Shown in pieces: positions 13,336-25,649 of a DNA stretch of 64,000 nt (position 1 is its first letter; every line of letters starts with the position of its first letter). A model generated the notes under the pieces. It was not told the origin of the DNA. It was given only the letters and a program-made list of their open reading frames with translations, and searched no databases. The DNA comes from Balanoglossus misakiensis (taxonomy: Eukaryota > Animalia > Hemichordata): assembly GCA_040954595.2 (NCBI GenBank), contig CM082579.2, positions 10,591,625 through 10,655,624 on the forward strand, in the 5' to 3' direction. The translations under genes and the position numbers were made by a program.

Positions 13336-14912
13336 GTAGAATATTTTATGCTTGTCTCCACATTTCACATCTAATCACAGTAAATGATTTCTTTCTTAAC
13401 ACTTTTCTTGTTTAAATAACTGATGTCACATTGCGTTGCACACTTTCTCATTTCATCTTTAACATTTAAAAGTAATAATGGTAACATGTTATCTTTAGTT
13501 TGTTGTTATCGTTTGTATTAAGTATGTTGTGATGTGACTAAAATTGCGGTGTTGAAACTGATATTGCCTGAGGATAAGGTTGCGCCTGGTGAGAAGACCA
13601 AAAATGAAATCCTGTTGGTGAGATCTTAAAAGGTCAATACATGTAATTGTAATTGAGAGTGACAAGTTATATTATATAGTACCGATATGTTTTGCTTTTG
13701 TTTCCTGTGATCTGATGTCATCACATAAGGAATTGACCCGCTTTCTAACTCTGCCATATAGCATTCTTAGGAGGTCAAGAGGTCAAAGGTACAACATCTG
13801 TCTGTAATCATGAAATCGTGCATCTGACACAACGCTGTCCTTTCATCATTTGAAGGTCCTGACAGTGACAGCTTTCGGCTCAAAAAAACCTCTTTAACCT
13901 CTAAGTCCTCTTGACCTTAAACAAGTAAATGGTTTCAAGTTAGGATAGAATTGCGTACAGAACCACTACAACTCACATCTGTTGTAGTTAAACTCAGTAC
14001 CATATAGTTATAATTATTCTCTGTGTTATTCATAATAGTAGAAAAGATGGATTGAATCTGAATGCTACTGTGGCAGAAAATCAGTTCTTAATGAGGCTTA
14101 AATGATGCATCACCAGTAAAGAAAATTTGATGGTATTTTAAAAATAACTACATCATTTTCTCACATCAGTTGAAACAATATTGGTACATTTGGAATAATG
14201 GGTAAATAACATAGACACTTGCTGTCTTGTCTTTCTACAGACATAATTTATTCTCAAATAATATCATACAGTCATGATTTACAGCAAAACATACAAAATG
14301 TTTTCTATGTAGCGCTAAGCTGACTTTTAAGGCTGACAATCTTTGTGGGTAAAGCATACCGGTTTGTGAACTTGAAATATGCCATATTTCCCCATTATCA
14401 AACAGAAGAGACTGATACGGGACACACAAGATAAGAAGAGTTTTTTTGTGTGAAGCAGATAAAATGCTTTATACATTGGCATTGAGTAAACACAAACTTT
14501 TAAGGTCGTTTTGTGTGTGACCTGTGTGGTGTGAACAGAGAGTGCAATGTGGGATCCACTTCAGGTTGTGTTCTGCAGTGCAACATGGGTCCAGGTTAAT
14601 GTTCTCTTCTGATCGCTTGGCCAAGTACGGCAGAGTAATCACTGCATACTAGTAGTTCCGTTGTTGTTGACATAAACCGGAAAGCAGTACTTTGCAGCCA
14701 CAGTATATTTTCATGGATGGGGTGATCAGGTTGCAGTAACTATCCTCTTGTTTTTAGCATACACGAAATGCTCCATCTACACTGTATCATACATTTGTGT
14801 TTTTGTTTGTCAAATGTCAAATTGTCATTAAAATAATATCATGTGTTTTTTAAGCATAATCCAATTGAATAATATGGATTTTGACATGAAGCCTAATTTT
14901 TTGTGATTTCAG

Positions 14913-15059
14913 TTGAAGAGACAAAGCGGAGGTTGCAACGCTATTTTGCGGAAGGTCAAGCTTTACAGGTGCCATCAGCCATTCATTATTTGCCTCACCT
15001 TCTGGAAAATCCTAATGGGCTTCAGCCAGCACTTCTTATGTCTCAAGGAAGAGTTGGAG
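14913..15059 (+). CDS. MGAT4: MGAT4-like exon 3
   Basis: tttcag acceptor and gtatct donor; EETKRRLQRY...PSAIHYLPHLLENPNGLQPALLMSQGRVG (LPHLL...LQP...GR.G motif of GT54). Confidence 0.9.
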
Positions 15060-15595
15060 GTATCTACTACTTTTTTTATGCAGGGATGAAGAGATCATTT
15101 TCAGATCCTGGTAGCAAAAACTAGTTCACCAGTCAAGTGTCGGCATTAAAACCAAATATGCAGACTAAAAAAAATAAAACAACACAGTTGAAGATTGATC
15201 TTCTTTAACCTTAATCATGCTGCCAAGTCGTTTTGCCAAGGTTCATCTTGAGATGCTTCCAATGTTTTTTTTGCTAGAATCACTAAAGTTGAAAGATAGC
15301 AACGAGGATTGCTTTGACATTGTCTTTGAATTATGGCTGACATAAATTTTTGCGAACTTCGCAAAAAGTGATAATAAATAGTTGCGAAAGAACAATGATG
15401 TGTACAATAGAATGTTATTCGGACATAAAGAGAATGAGAAAATTAATCGTATTGTGAAAATTTCCTGTTGCAAAAATTTCCTGTTTTACAGTATTGCATA
15501 CAGTCAAAAATGCATAATACACACTTTTTCGCGTAACTGTGAACTCTGACTATGTATATTATTATACCTATTACTTACAAACTTTTTTTGGACAG

Positions 15596-15729
15596 TATCT
15601 GTTGTTATAGGTATGCCAACCATCAAAAGAGAAGTTCAGAGTTATTTGCTTGATACCTTGAAGTCTTTAGTCGATGGATTATCAGATGAAGAGAAATTGG
15701 ATTGTGTTATAATAGTTTATGTAGGAGAG
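15596..15729 (+). CDS. MGAT4: MGAT4-like exon 4
   Basis: [45 protein letters not shown]; ag/gtaagt borders. Confidence 0.95.
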
Positions 15730-15855
15730 GTAAGTAATAGTTATAAACACAAAGTCGTATCGGTATTTACTTTTGGTACCTGTGACACTGTACTGCGCAG
15801 AGAAATTGAATATGATCATGGAAAGACAGATTTGTTTCAGATTTAAAGGGAGTTA

Positions 15856-16061
15856 CTGTAAAACACTTTATTTTCGCGAGCAATAAATTTTCGCAAAATA
15901 CGCGAGAGCCAAAATAGCATGAAAATAAAATGTCACATATTTTTTTTGAAGATAACGATGCAGTGAATGAAATAAGAGAACGCAAAAGTTAATACTCGTG
16001 AAACAGTTGCCTCTCTCGATATTGCGAAAATTTTGACTTGCGAAAATAAAGTGTTTTACAG
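15856..16061. mobile_element. MITE family A, full copy
   Basis: Same TIRs and interior as 10175-10382; TA flanks. Confidence 0.88.
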
Positions 16062-16650
16062 TAAATCACGCATTGGGCACACATTTGGATTTTATGTCTG
16101 AAATTGGTTTCCTGTCTTCTCTATGCCAAATTTACATGTATTCAACCGAAAAGACAAGTAAATGTAGGTCAGCTTACATACACTTGACACAAATACAGGT
16201 AGTGGAACATGTTTAATATGGAAAACACACATACAAGTTTAAGATTGTCAGTGATTGGCAACTGAAACGTTGGTCCTAGCAACCATCTGGCCATTAGTAT
16301 CAAGAACAGAGTAAGATTGTCAGAATATTTGACAACTTGTGGGTATTAAACCAACAGCAAACATCCAATGCCCCACTGATACTATTTGTTATCAAATTGT
16401 ACACAAAATAACCAAAGTAAAAAAAATGGGTCAATTGAATAGCTGAGATAATGTGAAAAAATCCAAAACACCTGTTTCTGTGTCATGCTTTTTATCGTGT
16501 TGTGGTTTGTGAAAATACACCTAAATGCTCTTCAATAGCACTCAGGATTTTGACTGTCTTATCTTGTCGCATTGCAATAGCAGGAAGTACATGTATCCCA
16601 TTTCAAAGTTAAAAAAAAAAGTAACAAACTGCGTTGACTCTTCTTTGCAG

Positions 16651-16697
16651 ACAGATTTAGAGTATGTTACAAAGCAAGCTGAAGAAATAAAAGAAAG
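16651..16697 (+). CDS. MGAT4: MGAT4-like exon 5
   Basis: ttctttgcag acceptor; TDLEYVTKQAEEIKE; gtatgt donor, phase 2. Confidence 0.9.
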
Positions 16698-17283
16698 GTA
16701 TGTGATTTGATTGTTCATAAAAACAACGCATTATGTATGAGTGAAAGAGAGCAGATGAAACTACAATCATGTCCGGGTGTGTGTTTTCAGGATTTCTTCA
16801 AATAGAAGTCATCAATGATATGATGGTCGGAGAACAATCAACTGTATGGGCTCAAATAACTTGCAAGTTAGTGATGTTGAAATGTGTGCTGTAGTGTTTT
16901 TGTTTTTAAAGATGAAAGCATGAGTATGAGAAATACTGTGTACGAAACTATATCTTGCATTGTCATTAGTCTTCGAGACAACATTGATTTGTTTTTAGAA
17001 AACTACTTTTGGTAGATTATTTCCTGACAAAAATGTTGGTTTTATACCATCGTTTACTTTGGTTATTTTCATTTTTTGTGAAGTTATATTGTTACAGAAA
17101 ATATGTCATTGAAGTATCGTTCACTTTACTGCGTTCTTTTTGCAACTTTGTAGACAGAATGACAAGGGATGTGGTGATTGGTGATGAGCATATTTCTGTC
17201 TAAACAGGATAGTACAATGAGTTTCTTTCGTCAAATCAAAAGACCAAAAACTGATGCGATGGTTTGTTTTTATCTTCAATTAG

Positions 17284-17397
17284 CTTTTCCATAGAAGTGG
17301 ATGCAGGGCTAATTGAAGTGATATCACCTCTGTCCAGTTACTATCCCAATTTAGACAACGTCAAAGAAACATTTGGTGATCCTAAAGAGAGAGTGAA
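17284..17397 (+). CDS. MGAT4: MGAT4-like exon 6
   Basis: [38 protein letters not shown]; gtaaga donor. Confidence 0.93.
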
Positions 17398-17860
17398 GTA
17401 AGACGGTTCTTTTTCAATTTTGGGTTCGATATCATTTTGTGTGAAATGTTTAATACTGAAGTCTAATGATTGTCAGTAACATATCTCATTCTTAGTTTGT
17501 TAAGTGACCTAATCCAATATGGCTGCCACTCTGATTGGATTGTTTATAGGCTCCAGATCGTCTCTTGTGCGCATGGGCGTAATTTTGTGGATGCGAGTGA
17601 GATTCAAGATGGCCGCCGCTGAATGTCTTTCCTCGCATAAAGTTCAAAAGGGGGGTCGTTGTACAAGTTGTGAGGTGCATTGGGGCATTTCTTCGTCCCG
17701 TATGGGAACGACTTTCGGTCCGCGAGTTTTGGTTCACAGACGGAAATTCTTGTAGAAACTACTGTGCAACAGATCAGTGTGGAAATTGCCAGTTTTCCAA
17801 CCGAAAATATGTCAGTGACAAAAGCTCATCGTATCTTGGTTGTTTATCTTTTCTAAACAG

Positions 17861-17936
17861 GTGGAGGACGAAACAAAATTTAGATTTCTCCTTTCTTATG
17901 ATGTATGCACAAACAAAAGGCACTTTTTATGTTCAA
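17861..17936 (+). CDS. MGAT4: MGAT4-like exon 7
   Basis: [26 protein letters not shown], a hallmark GT54 motif; aacag/gtaagt borders. Confidence 0.95.
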
Positions 17937-18756
17937 GTAAGTATGATTGTTTAAAAGTCCAGTCTATAGTACTATAATGGTTATTCATATATACAGCCAT
18001 AAATGGATGATAGGGCTCTGTGTGTGCGTGTGTTGTGTTGGATGAGCGAGCAGGCTTGTGGAACTCGAGTCCACACATGGCTGCATTTTCTGTATGTAAA
18101 ATCCCATTATGCACCTTTCTTCGTTAAATATTCATGTTACTTAAAGTTTTCTTGTGGTCAATTCTGAGAAGTAAAGAGACGTGTGCCATGAAGTCAAAGC
18201 AAAGAAGAAATAAATTATTTGTTACAAATTCTGCAAATGATAGATATAGAATTTGAATATATAGAATGCTTTAGTCACTCTGTATGTAGGCACACGCATA
18301 CATGAATGTGAATACATATCAGGCGTATTGGGATTCTGCATACTGTACATATACAGGAATATATTGTGAGGCTGAATGCCATATGTTACAGCTGTAGACG
18401 TGTAAAACTTTGCAGTATGCATGGACAGGTTGTCTACTCAAAATCCCAACTGTTGACATTTCAGACAAAGGTGCGTTTAGCTGAAGTGACAGTATCTCAG
18501 TGTTCAGAGATCATAACCTTTGACTTGCATTGTTCTCCTGTCAGAAAACAAGTTTTACAAAATGACACAATGTCATTTTGTGTGTATTTCTTCACGTCAA
18601 ATGATTATATTTTTCATAAAATGTCACTGAGCTACCCGTACTAAGGATTAAACTATTCTCGAAGTTTCTCAGTAATGAGTGATTTATGTATAAAGTGTAC
18701 GCAGCAGTACCAAGAACAATTTTTGATATAAACATTTACTGGCTTTATGTTCTCAG

Positions 18757-18871
18757 CTTGAAGATGATATTATAGCTAAACCTGGCTATATAACAACAAT
18801 GAAAAATTTTGCCATGCAACAGAAACAAGATGATTGGGTCATTTTAGAATTTTCTTCTTTGGGTTTTATAG
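18757..18871 (+). CDS. MGAT4: MGAT4-like exon 8 (EDD catalytic motif)
   Basis: [39 protein letters not shown]. Confidence 0.95.
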
Positions 18872-18980
18872 GTATGTATCAGTACATAGCAATTTTTATC
18901 AACGTTCATTCATTTTCTAACTTAATTTCAAACCGTTTGCAGTTTTATGCATAACTTATTGTGCATATACCCCAGCATTT

Positions 18981-19081
18981 TGCATCGTTATCTTCAAAAA
19001 AAAAATTACGCGACTTTTTATTTTCACGCTATTTTGGCTCTCACATTTTTCGCGAAAATTTATTGCTCAAGAAAATAAAGT
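18981..19081. mobile_element. MITE family A, partial reverse-orientation copy
   Basis: tgcatcgttatcttcaaaaa...ttacgcgactttttattttcacgctattttggctct is the reverse complement of the family A interior. Confidence 0.75.
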
Positions 19082-19223
19082 ACTTCTCTATGCATGTATA
19101 CTAGTATGTAAGTTTGCATTAAAAGATCAGCTGTTTGTTTATTCGTACCATTTTATTCAAAAAGTGCAAGTTGTAGTAGTGTGCTTCAGTGACTAACTTG
19201 TGCAATTGTATTTTCTCACACAG

Positions 19224-19354
19224 GTAAACTTTTCAAAGCAAGTGATTTGAATTTAGTGGTAGAATTTTTTCTAATGTTTCATAAAGACAAACCAATAGAC
19301 TGGCTTCTAGACCACATACTTTGGGTTAAAGTATGCCATCCAGAAAAAGATAAT
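19224..19354 (+). CDS. MGAT4: MGAT4-like exon 9
   Basis: [44 protein letters not shown]. Confidence 0.95.
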
Positions 19355-20077
19355 GTAAGTAATGTAGTCTTGGAGGACAATTGTTACAATATACATGTAC
19401 TAACTTCGTAAAGGATAATTTTTACATATACTCGGGACTTCTGTTTGTGGAGTGACCGAGGTACGAGGCCAGATTTGACTCGCCAACTCCTCAAGAGTTT
19501 CTGGTTGTTGTCATCTAGCTAGATTATTTAGAAGGGCTTATGTGTGTGCAATTGGTCTCACAAACTCTCTCATCTCAGAGAGTACACTGTATGAACATTA
19601 CATCAATAGAGGGCGCACTTTATCAGTTGATGACATGTTCTGCAATGCTTGGAGAATATTGAAGTCTTATGGTATTCATAAACTAATTTCGGCACGATAA
19701 TCACGCTTTAACATTTGTTTGAAGGATCTGCAAAGTTAACCCTGATTTCAATGGCCATTACGAAACGCACTCTGGTATCTGAAAATCTGTTATTGTATAT
19801 TTACCCTGTTATTTATAGAAATGTTTAAAAATTCACCCTTCAGAGGTGAAAAATCAGACAAAATAATGATATTGAAATGTTGTAGAGCTGTGGTGTTGTG
19901 TCAACATGTAGTCACTATTAGTAGTATATGCAACTTTTGCCGAGTGGAATTGGTAATATCCGTGAGCAGGTCTGATTTCTGTGGATGAATTGATTGATTG
20001 TGATCAGTGACGTTGATTTGGTTTTTGTGTTAGTACAAATTTGACTATTTTTTGATAAAGTTGTTTTTTTTTCACAG

Positions 20078-20185
20078 AAACACTGTGCTAGAGAGAAGGC
20101 AGCTTTGAGGATAAGATTTAAACCTTCACTTTTTCAACATATTGGTATGCATTCTTCACTACCTGGAAAAGTGCAGAAATTAAAG
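20078..20185 (+). CDS. MGAT4: MGAT4-like exon 10
   Basis: [36 protein letters not shown]; gtgagt donor, phase 0. Confidence 0.95.
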
Positions 20186-20214
20186 GTGAGTGAATGTTAA
20201 AGGAACCACCTTAA

Positions 20215-20511
20215 AGGGACAAAGTCTCTCTCTCGCTGCCCTTTTTCCATTAATTATGTTTGATACAAGACATCATTGATGTTAATGTACATGTAGATAT
20301 ATAGTGAATCAACATTCGACCACACACCTTCCATCCCACTTGTAGGCGAGTTTTTACTCTCATATCATACAAGTGGGATGGAAGTTGTGTGTGGTGGAAT
20401 GTTCATTCACTACATATGTATATACGTATGTACATTAACATACATGCAAACGGTGTATTGTATCAAACATAATTAATGGAAAAGGGGCAGCGAGAGAGAG
20501 ACTTTGTCCCT
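20215..20511. mobile_element. TTAA-target foldback MITE family B (Kolobok-like), full copy
   Basis: ttaa-agggacaaagtctctctctcgctgccc...gggcagcgagagagagactttgtccct-ttaa; the arms are near-complementary over more than 120 bp. Confidence 0.88.
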
Positions 20512-21270
20512 TTAATACTATAGAAATATAGATATTTAATGTGATCTAAGGAATACCCTTCTTTTGCCTATTTTAGTTCGTTGTTCATACATACTGTTAG
20601 TGTGTTTGCTAACTATGTCTCAAAAATAGATTATATATCAAAAACAACTGATCAGGTTTAAACCAAATTTGGTGATAAGTATTGATTTGAAATGAACAGC
20701 CCCTGTTAGTTTTTGATGGGCATGACTGTCATATAATGAAGTTATCAAAAATGGAAATTTTTCTGATAGTAGTGTTTTTTAGAGAGCACCATAACACTTA
20801 TCACAGTGTCAGTATCAGGGCTGGAATTTGTTTTCCCTTACTTGTTCAATGCATGGACAGGAAGAATAATTAGGTTTACTCATCCAGACAGGAGAATACC
20901 TGTCCTTCCATATTTTAATGGTCAGTTTCATCATTGCCTGATTGCCATTTTGCTGACAAAGGGCTGTGCCCAAAATGTTTGTCTTTTTCTAAGGGTTGTG
21001 ATATTGGCACTGGCTTTCTTCAACTAACAAGAGAACAGTGCCCTCAGTGTCAAAATATCAACATGGTCTTGCCTCATACCCAGCTCTGTGGATTGAGGCC
21101 AAAGATAGTTGCAGTACCATAGTTTGAGGTTTTGCTATGACTGGATGTTGGTATGGCAAAACCAGAGCTTCAGTGTACAGGCACATTGGGCTGTCCCTCC
21201 GCGATTTTATTGTGTTTGTTTGTTTGTTTGTTGTTATTGATTGGCATAATACGGTCACGTTTTTGTTTGT

Positions 21271-21379
21271 TGACATGTTAGGTATATTCAACAGTCAGGG
21301 TTAGGGTGTATTCAACGCTTAGAGTGACATGTTAGGTATATTCAACAGTCAGGGTTAGGGTGTATTCAACGCTTAGAGT
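21271..21379. repeat. Exact 54-bp tandem duplication
   Basis: tgacatgttaggtatattcaacagtcagggttagggtgtattcaacgcttagag at 21271 and 21325. Confidence 0.9.
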
Positions 21380-21614
21380 AAGTGTTGGCATTTTTTCAAT
21401 CCACGGCATTCCCAAGCCACAAGAAGAGACAAGGGTTGTTGCTGATATTTTTGTAGATCCATTGTAACAATCATATTATGTGCATTGCTCCTTTGTTTTG
21501 CCTTGGAAGATGAACAGAGAAACCAAATCATTTTAGCTCACTCAATAATCATTTTATTTTCTTCTTATCATGACTACATTTCGACTTTTGGAAATATCCA
21601 CACTTTTCCTGTAG

Positions 21615-21629
21615 GACAAAGATTTCCAT
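21615..21629 (+). CDS. Candidate 15-nt microexon (DKDFH) or start of an alternative terminal exon of the MGAT4-like gene
   Basis: cttttcctgtag acceptor; GAC AAA GAT TTC CAT then gtaagc; phase 0-0; the peptide duplicates the DKDF start of exon 11. Confidence 0.55.
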
Positions 21630-21990
21630 GTAAGCTCGTTCAAACATTTTATTTTGCATTTTTATGGTGCAGTAAATCATTGCCTTCCTCATGCTGGTAC
21701 TTTAAAAACTCTTCAGTAAATGTTGTTTGTGTCTGTCATCAAACGTACTTTGATATACTGTAAAACGGGAATTTTTTGCGAATGATAAATTTTGCTTAAA
21801 TGTTCATCTATTTAAAAATAATATCAGTTCATGTGATAACTAATATGTATGGTTAGCCTGTTGTGACTTGATTGATTAGAGTCTAACATGTAATCATTTC
21901 ACAGGTTGATTTGACTCTAGCACAATTTGCATTTGGTTTGGATCTAACAAAGTCATTTCATGTTATTAATTTGAATCTAACACATATTAA

Positions 21991-22292
21991 AGGCAATAGA
22001 TCGTCTCACACGCATGCGCGTAACTTACCAGCAAATATTCCGTTCGATGCATTCAAATAGTAGACTGCCTTCGCTTCCTTCCATATTTCATGCGCACCGT
22101 ATAAGTAGATTCTTGTTTTGTCCCTCCTTTTTACCCAAGCTAGTGTCTTTTCCCGATCTCCGACACAGATTATAGTCGCCGCCATCTTCTCTGTTGTTAG
22201 GACAGAGCACTGCCTTATGGGATTGACTGTTCACTAAACGTCTGTAACCAGCGGCTACAGTTGGAACATGCGCGTGAGACGAGCTAGGCGCT
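21991..22292. mobile_element. TTAA-target MITE family D (Kolobok-like AG..CT termini)
   Basis: ttaa-aggcaatagatcgtctcacacgcatg...catgcgcgtgagacgagctaggcgct-ttaa, imperfect 26-bp TIR. Confidence 0.75.
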
Positions 22293-22476
22293 TTAACATC
22301 ATAATTAATAACTAACTAAATTTAACACCTTACAACGTCCATGGTTTGTCCAATATTAGTTTGCTGTGCTGTTTTGGGTGAATGCTCTTTTGACAAGAAA
22401 TGTTGCAGCATTCATCACTTGGTGATGTAAGGCCAGTAATCAAGACCTATTTGCCTTTATATGTTTGTATCAACAG

Positions 22477-22500
22477 AAAAGCAATAAAGGTCCCAAAGTG
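22477..22500 (+). CDS. Candidate 24-nt microexon (KSNKGPKV) of the MGAT4-like gene
   Basis: tgtttgtatcaacag acceptor, gtaaga donor, phase 0-0, no stop. Confidence 0.5.
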
Positions 22501-22650
22501 GTAAGATATCCTTTCCAAACTCTGACTTTGTTTTAATGAAATTGTCTCTTTGGAAATTTGCTGAACTGAATTGCAAGCAGTCAGCGAAGATCACCACTGA
22601 TATACGTGTGCCCATGTAAAGGGACAAAGTGCGACATGGGTGCAGGTTAA

Positions 22651-22782
22651 AGGGACAAAGTCTCTCTCTCGCTGCCCCTTTTCATTAATTATGTTTGATA
22701 CAAGACACCATTTATGTTATTCTACATGTGGATATATAGTGAATCAACGTTCAACCACACACAACTTCCATCTCGTTTGTAG
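22651..22782. mobile_element. MITE family B, left-arm partial copy
   Basis: ttaa-agggacaaagtctctctctcgctgcccc...accacacacaacttccatc. Confidence 0.8.
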
Positions 22783-23618
22783 AAGGATTAATCCTATGAG
22801 TCGCTTTGTGTCCCTCGCTAAAAAGGTTAAGCATAGAACCTGGTGCTCGGTCCCATAGACAGTGTGTTGAGGTTAGGTGTTAATCCTTACATCGTCTCAG
22901 GCCTGGCTGGAAAATTCAAGAGATATCACAGAATCTCACTGTGTGTATTTTAGTTTGAATGATTTGTTTCTAATGGCGTATCCTTTTTATTTTGTTCTGT
23001 TTTATTTACAATTCCCATATACTCAGCTATCTATTCTGGTAAGATATTGGTGTGTTTCTTGTAAAGCCACTTTTTGCATTATTTTCAAGATTTTATTTTC
23101 CAACTTAAATTGGTCCATCTAAATAAAGCTTACTGATAGATATACATGTACATGAACACCTTATTAATGCCCAATTGTGACGGCATGTTGCAATTTGAAC
23201 ACACTATGGATTAAACTGGTTTAACTAGCCTGAGCCCTCCATACAAACAGTACGCAGCTATCGTGGTATGCGTCACCAAGAGATGACAAACTGATGCAAG
23301 TGCAAGTAATATGGTTCTAGGCTTATCCTTTTAAAGACGTTGATTTTCTTGCTACATTGTACCAGAAATATTGTGCCAACCATGGGTAATGAATGAACAA
23401 TCAAGTTTTGAAGGGTACCACTACCAAAATCCAGATGAGAGTTTTGTCTGAAGTCGTACAATGCGATACCAGACTCCTTAGGCTACCAGTAATTGGTTAA
23501 AAAGGCAAATACTGATTGGTTTCATCATAACTGGTTCTGGCAGGCCTGTCTTTCCAGCAGAAGCAGTTTTCTGTAACCATGTTTTGCACCTGCAGTGTAC
23601 CAGTTACAGGCTTTTTAA

Positions 23619-23905
23619 AGGGACAAAGTCTCTCTCTCGCTGCCCCTTTTCCATTAATTATGTTTGATACAAGACACTGTTTATGTTAATGTCCATGTGA
23701 ATATATAGTGAAACAATGTTCGATCACACACAACTTCCATCCTGTTTGCAGTATATGAGAGTAAAAATCTCGCCAAAATGAATAAATGGTAGAGACCGAT
23801 TATTCATTTTGGGGGAGTTTTTCACTCTCGTGTCTACACGTGGGATTGAAGGTGTGTGTGGTTGAACATTGATTCTATGTATCCACATGCACATTATGTA
23901 CATGT
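23619..23905. mobile_element. MITE family B, copy lacking the right terminus
   Basis: Left arm, central hairpin and part of the right arm. Confidence 0.8.
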
Positions 23906-24247
23906 GCATGTGAACATTGCCTCTTGACCACCCTGTGTAACTTGATGGCAGGACCTGTCACTGCAATCCTGATTGATAATAATAACCGAATAGGTCTGAC
24001 GGTTTTGTGAATCTACAAAATTCTAACAAAACCTCATGCGACAAATGGCCAGAATCAGATTTGCTTACATGGCAGAAAATTGTGTCTTTCTACATCACTC
24101 TCTGCTCACTGCACAGGTTCATAAACGCTCAATGAAATAGACACTCAGTGAGTAATGAGACACTTGTGAAAAAAAATTGCCATTTCAACCTTTTTTGTGT
24201 TATGCTAAATTGTCCATTCTTTCTTTTGAATTGATTTTTCTCTCCAG

Positions 24248-24441
24248 GATAAAGATTTTGGTAAGCAGCCATTGCACAGGGCACATGAAAATCCACCAGC
24301 TGTTGTGTCAACTAGCATCAAAGTTTACATGAAATATACTCTGGAAAAAGCCTATAGGGGAAGTGATTTCTTCTGGGGCATTATGCCAAAAGCTGCCGAT
24401 GAGATTGTCTTTAAGTTCACACAGCCCATTGTCATAGACAA
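24248..24441 (+). CDS. MGAT4: MGAT4-like exon 11 (start of C-terminal lectin domain)
   Basis: DKDFGKQPLHRAHENPPAVVSTSIKVYMKYTLEKAYRGSDFFWGIMPKAADEIVFKFTQPIVID. Confidence 0.95.
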
Positions 24442-24734
24442 GTAAGTTTTCATTGGTCATTAAAGCTTCTTAATAGCTGGAACTTTTTGCTGTGTTTTCA
24501 GTATTTTCCGTTTTGTGTGTCTTCTGCAGTTTCTTGTGTAAATTCCTGCAACACGTGGAAATGTCCCCGCATTTAGCTTATAAGTGTATAATCAGCATTG
24601 TTATTGTGCAAAATTTGAATTCAATCCAAAATATTGTATGATATCCCTTGAATTAAATGCAAATAAGCATACATTATGGGATCTGTTTTTTTTCCCTAAT
24701 GGCATCAGTGTTCCACTTGTTTCTACCAAAACAG

Positions 24735-24901
24735 GTACAGGTTTACAAGTGGAAATACAGAACATCCAGGTGATATATTTTCAAACACGACGGTGGAAGT
24801 TCTACCGAATCATTTAGAACAGAAACAAGAAGGTGTACTAGAAACGAATGCCAAAGCTATGGCCTCGTACAGGAGAACGGAAGATGGGTTTTATCAAGTT
24901 G
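24735..24901 (+). CDS. MGAT4: MGAT4-like exon 12
   Basis: YRFTSGNTEHPGDIFSNTTVEVLP...TEDGFYQV; gtgagt donor. Confidence 0.93.
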
Positions 24902-25113
24902 GTGAGTTGTCTTGGATATAAAGCATTTCATCACAGGGAAGTCGCACACAGGTGATATAGGCTTACGTGGATACAGACTGAGTATAGGACTTTGGCGCAC
25001 ATTGGGGCAGGCAGTGTACAGTTTGGAAATGAGCAATGGGTATACAGACTGCATGTTTACAATAACATTAGCACACAATGATAAAGACTAAATACATCAA
25101 ATTTGTGTTTTAA

Positions 25114-25463
25114 AGGGACAAAGTCTGTCTCTTTCTGCCCTTTTTCCATTAATTACGTTTGATACAAGACACTGTTTTTGTTCATGTACATGTGGATATA
25201 CAGTGAATCAATGATCAACCACACACAACTTCCATCCTGCTTGTAAACACAAGAGTGAAAAACTCACCAAAATGAATAAATGGTAGGGAACGATTATTCA
25301 TTTTGGCGAGTTTTTTCACTTTCATGTCTACAAGCAGGATGGAAGTTGTGTGTGGTCTAACATTGATTCACTATATATCCACATGTAGAATAACATATTA
25401 AACAGTGTCTTGTATCAAACATAGTTAATGCAAAAAGGGCAGCGAGAGAGAGACTTTGTCCCT
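25114..25463. mobile_element. MITE family B, full copy
   Basis: TTAA on both sides; almost entirely palindromic over 350 bp. Confidence 0.88.
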
Positions 25464-25536
25464 TTAACACATACACACACATTCTGAGAGAGAGATAGAG
25501 AGAGAGATATGACTTCTCTGTTTTTGATCATTGCAG

Positions 25537-25649
25537 GTGAATTTGTGGAGGGCAAAGCAGGAGCAAATATTGATGCTTCACTGGGCGAGATTGATCAAAT
25601 GAGGATACGTGTTCTAACTGATGCCAAGGCTTGGGTGATACTCAGTGAG
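25537..25649 (+). CDS. MGAT4: MGAT4-like exon 13
   Basis: GEFVEGKAGANIDASLGEIDQMRIRVLTDAKAWVILSE. Confidence 0.93.

Noticed and set aside
17505-17815. GC-rich intronic block with overlapping ORFs and a caagatggccgcc motif
   Set aside because: Probably a transposon fragment, but I could not find matching termini or a TSD, and the ORFs show no homology I recognise.
21296-21360. agggttagggt telomere-like motif (also near 60461)
   Set aside because: Only one or two units, embedded in a 54-bp duplication; not a telomeric array.
24260-24266. Donor-like G|gtaagc inside MGAT4 exon 11
   Set aside because: It encodes the conserved GKQ. Its use would give a phase-1 end incompatible with the phase-2 start of exon 12.
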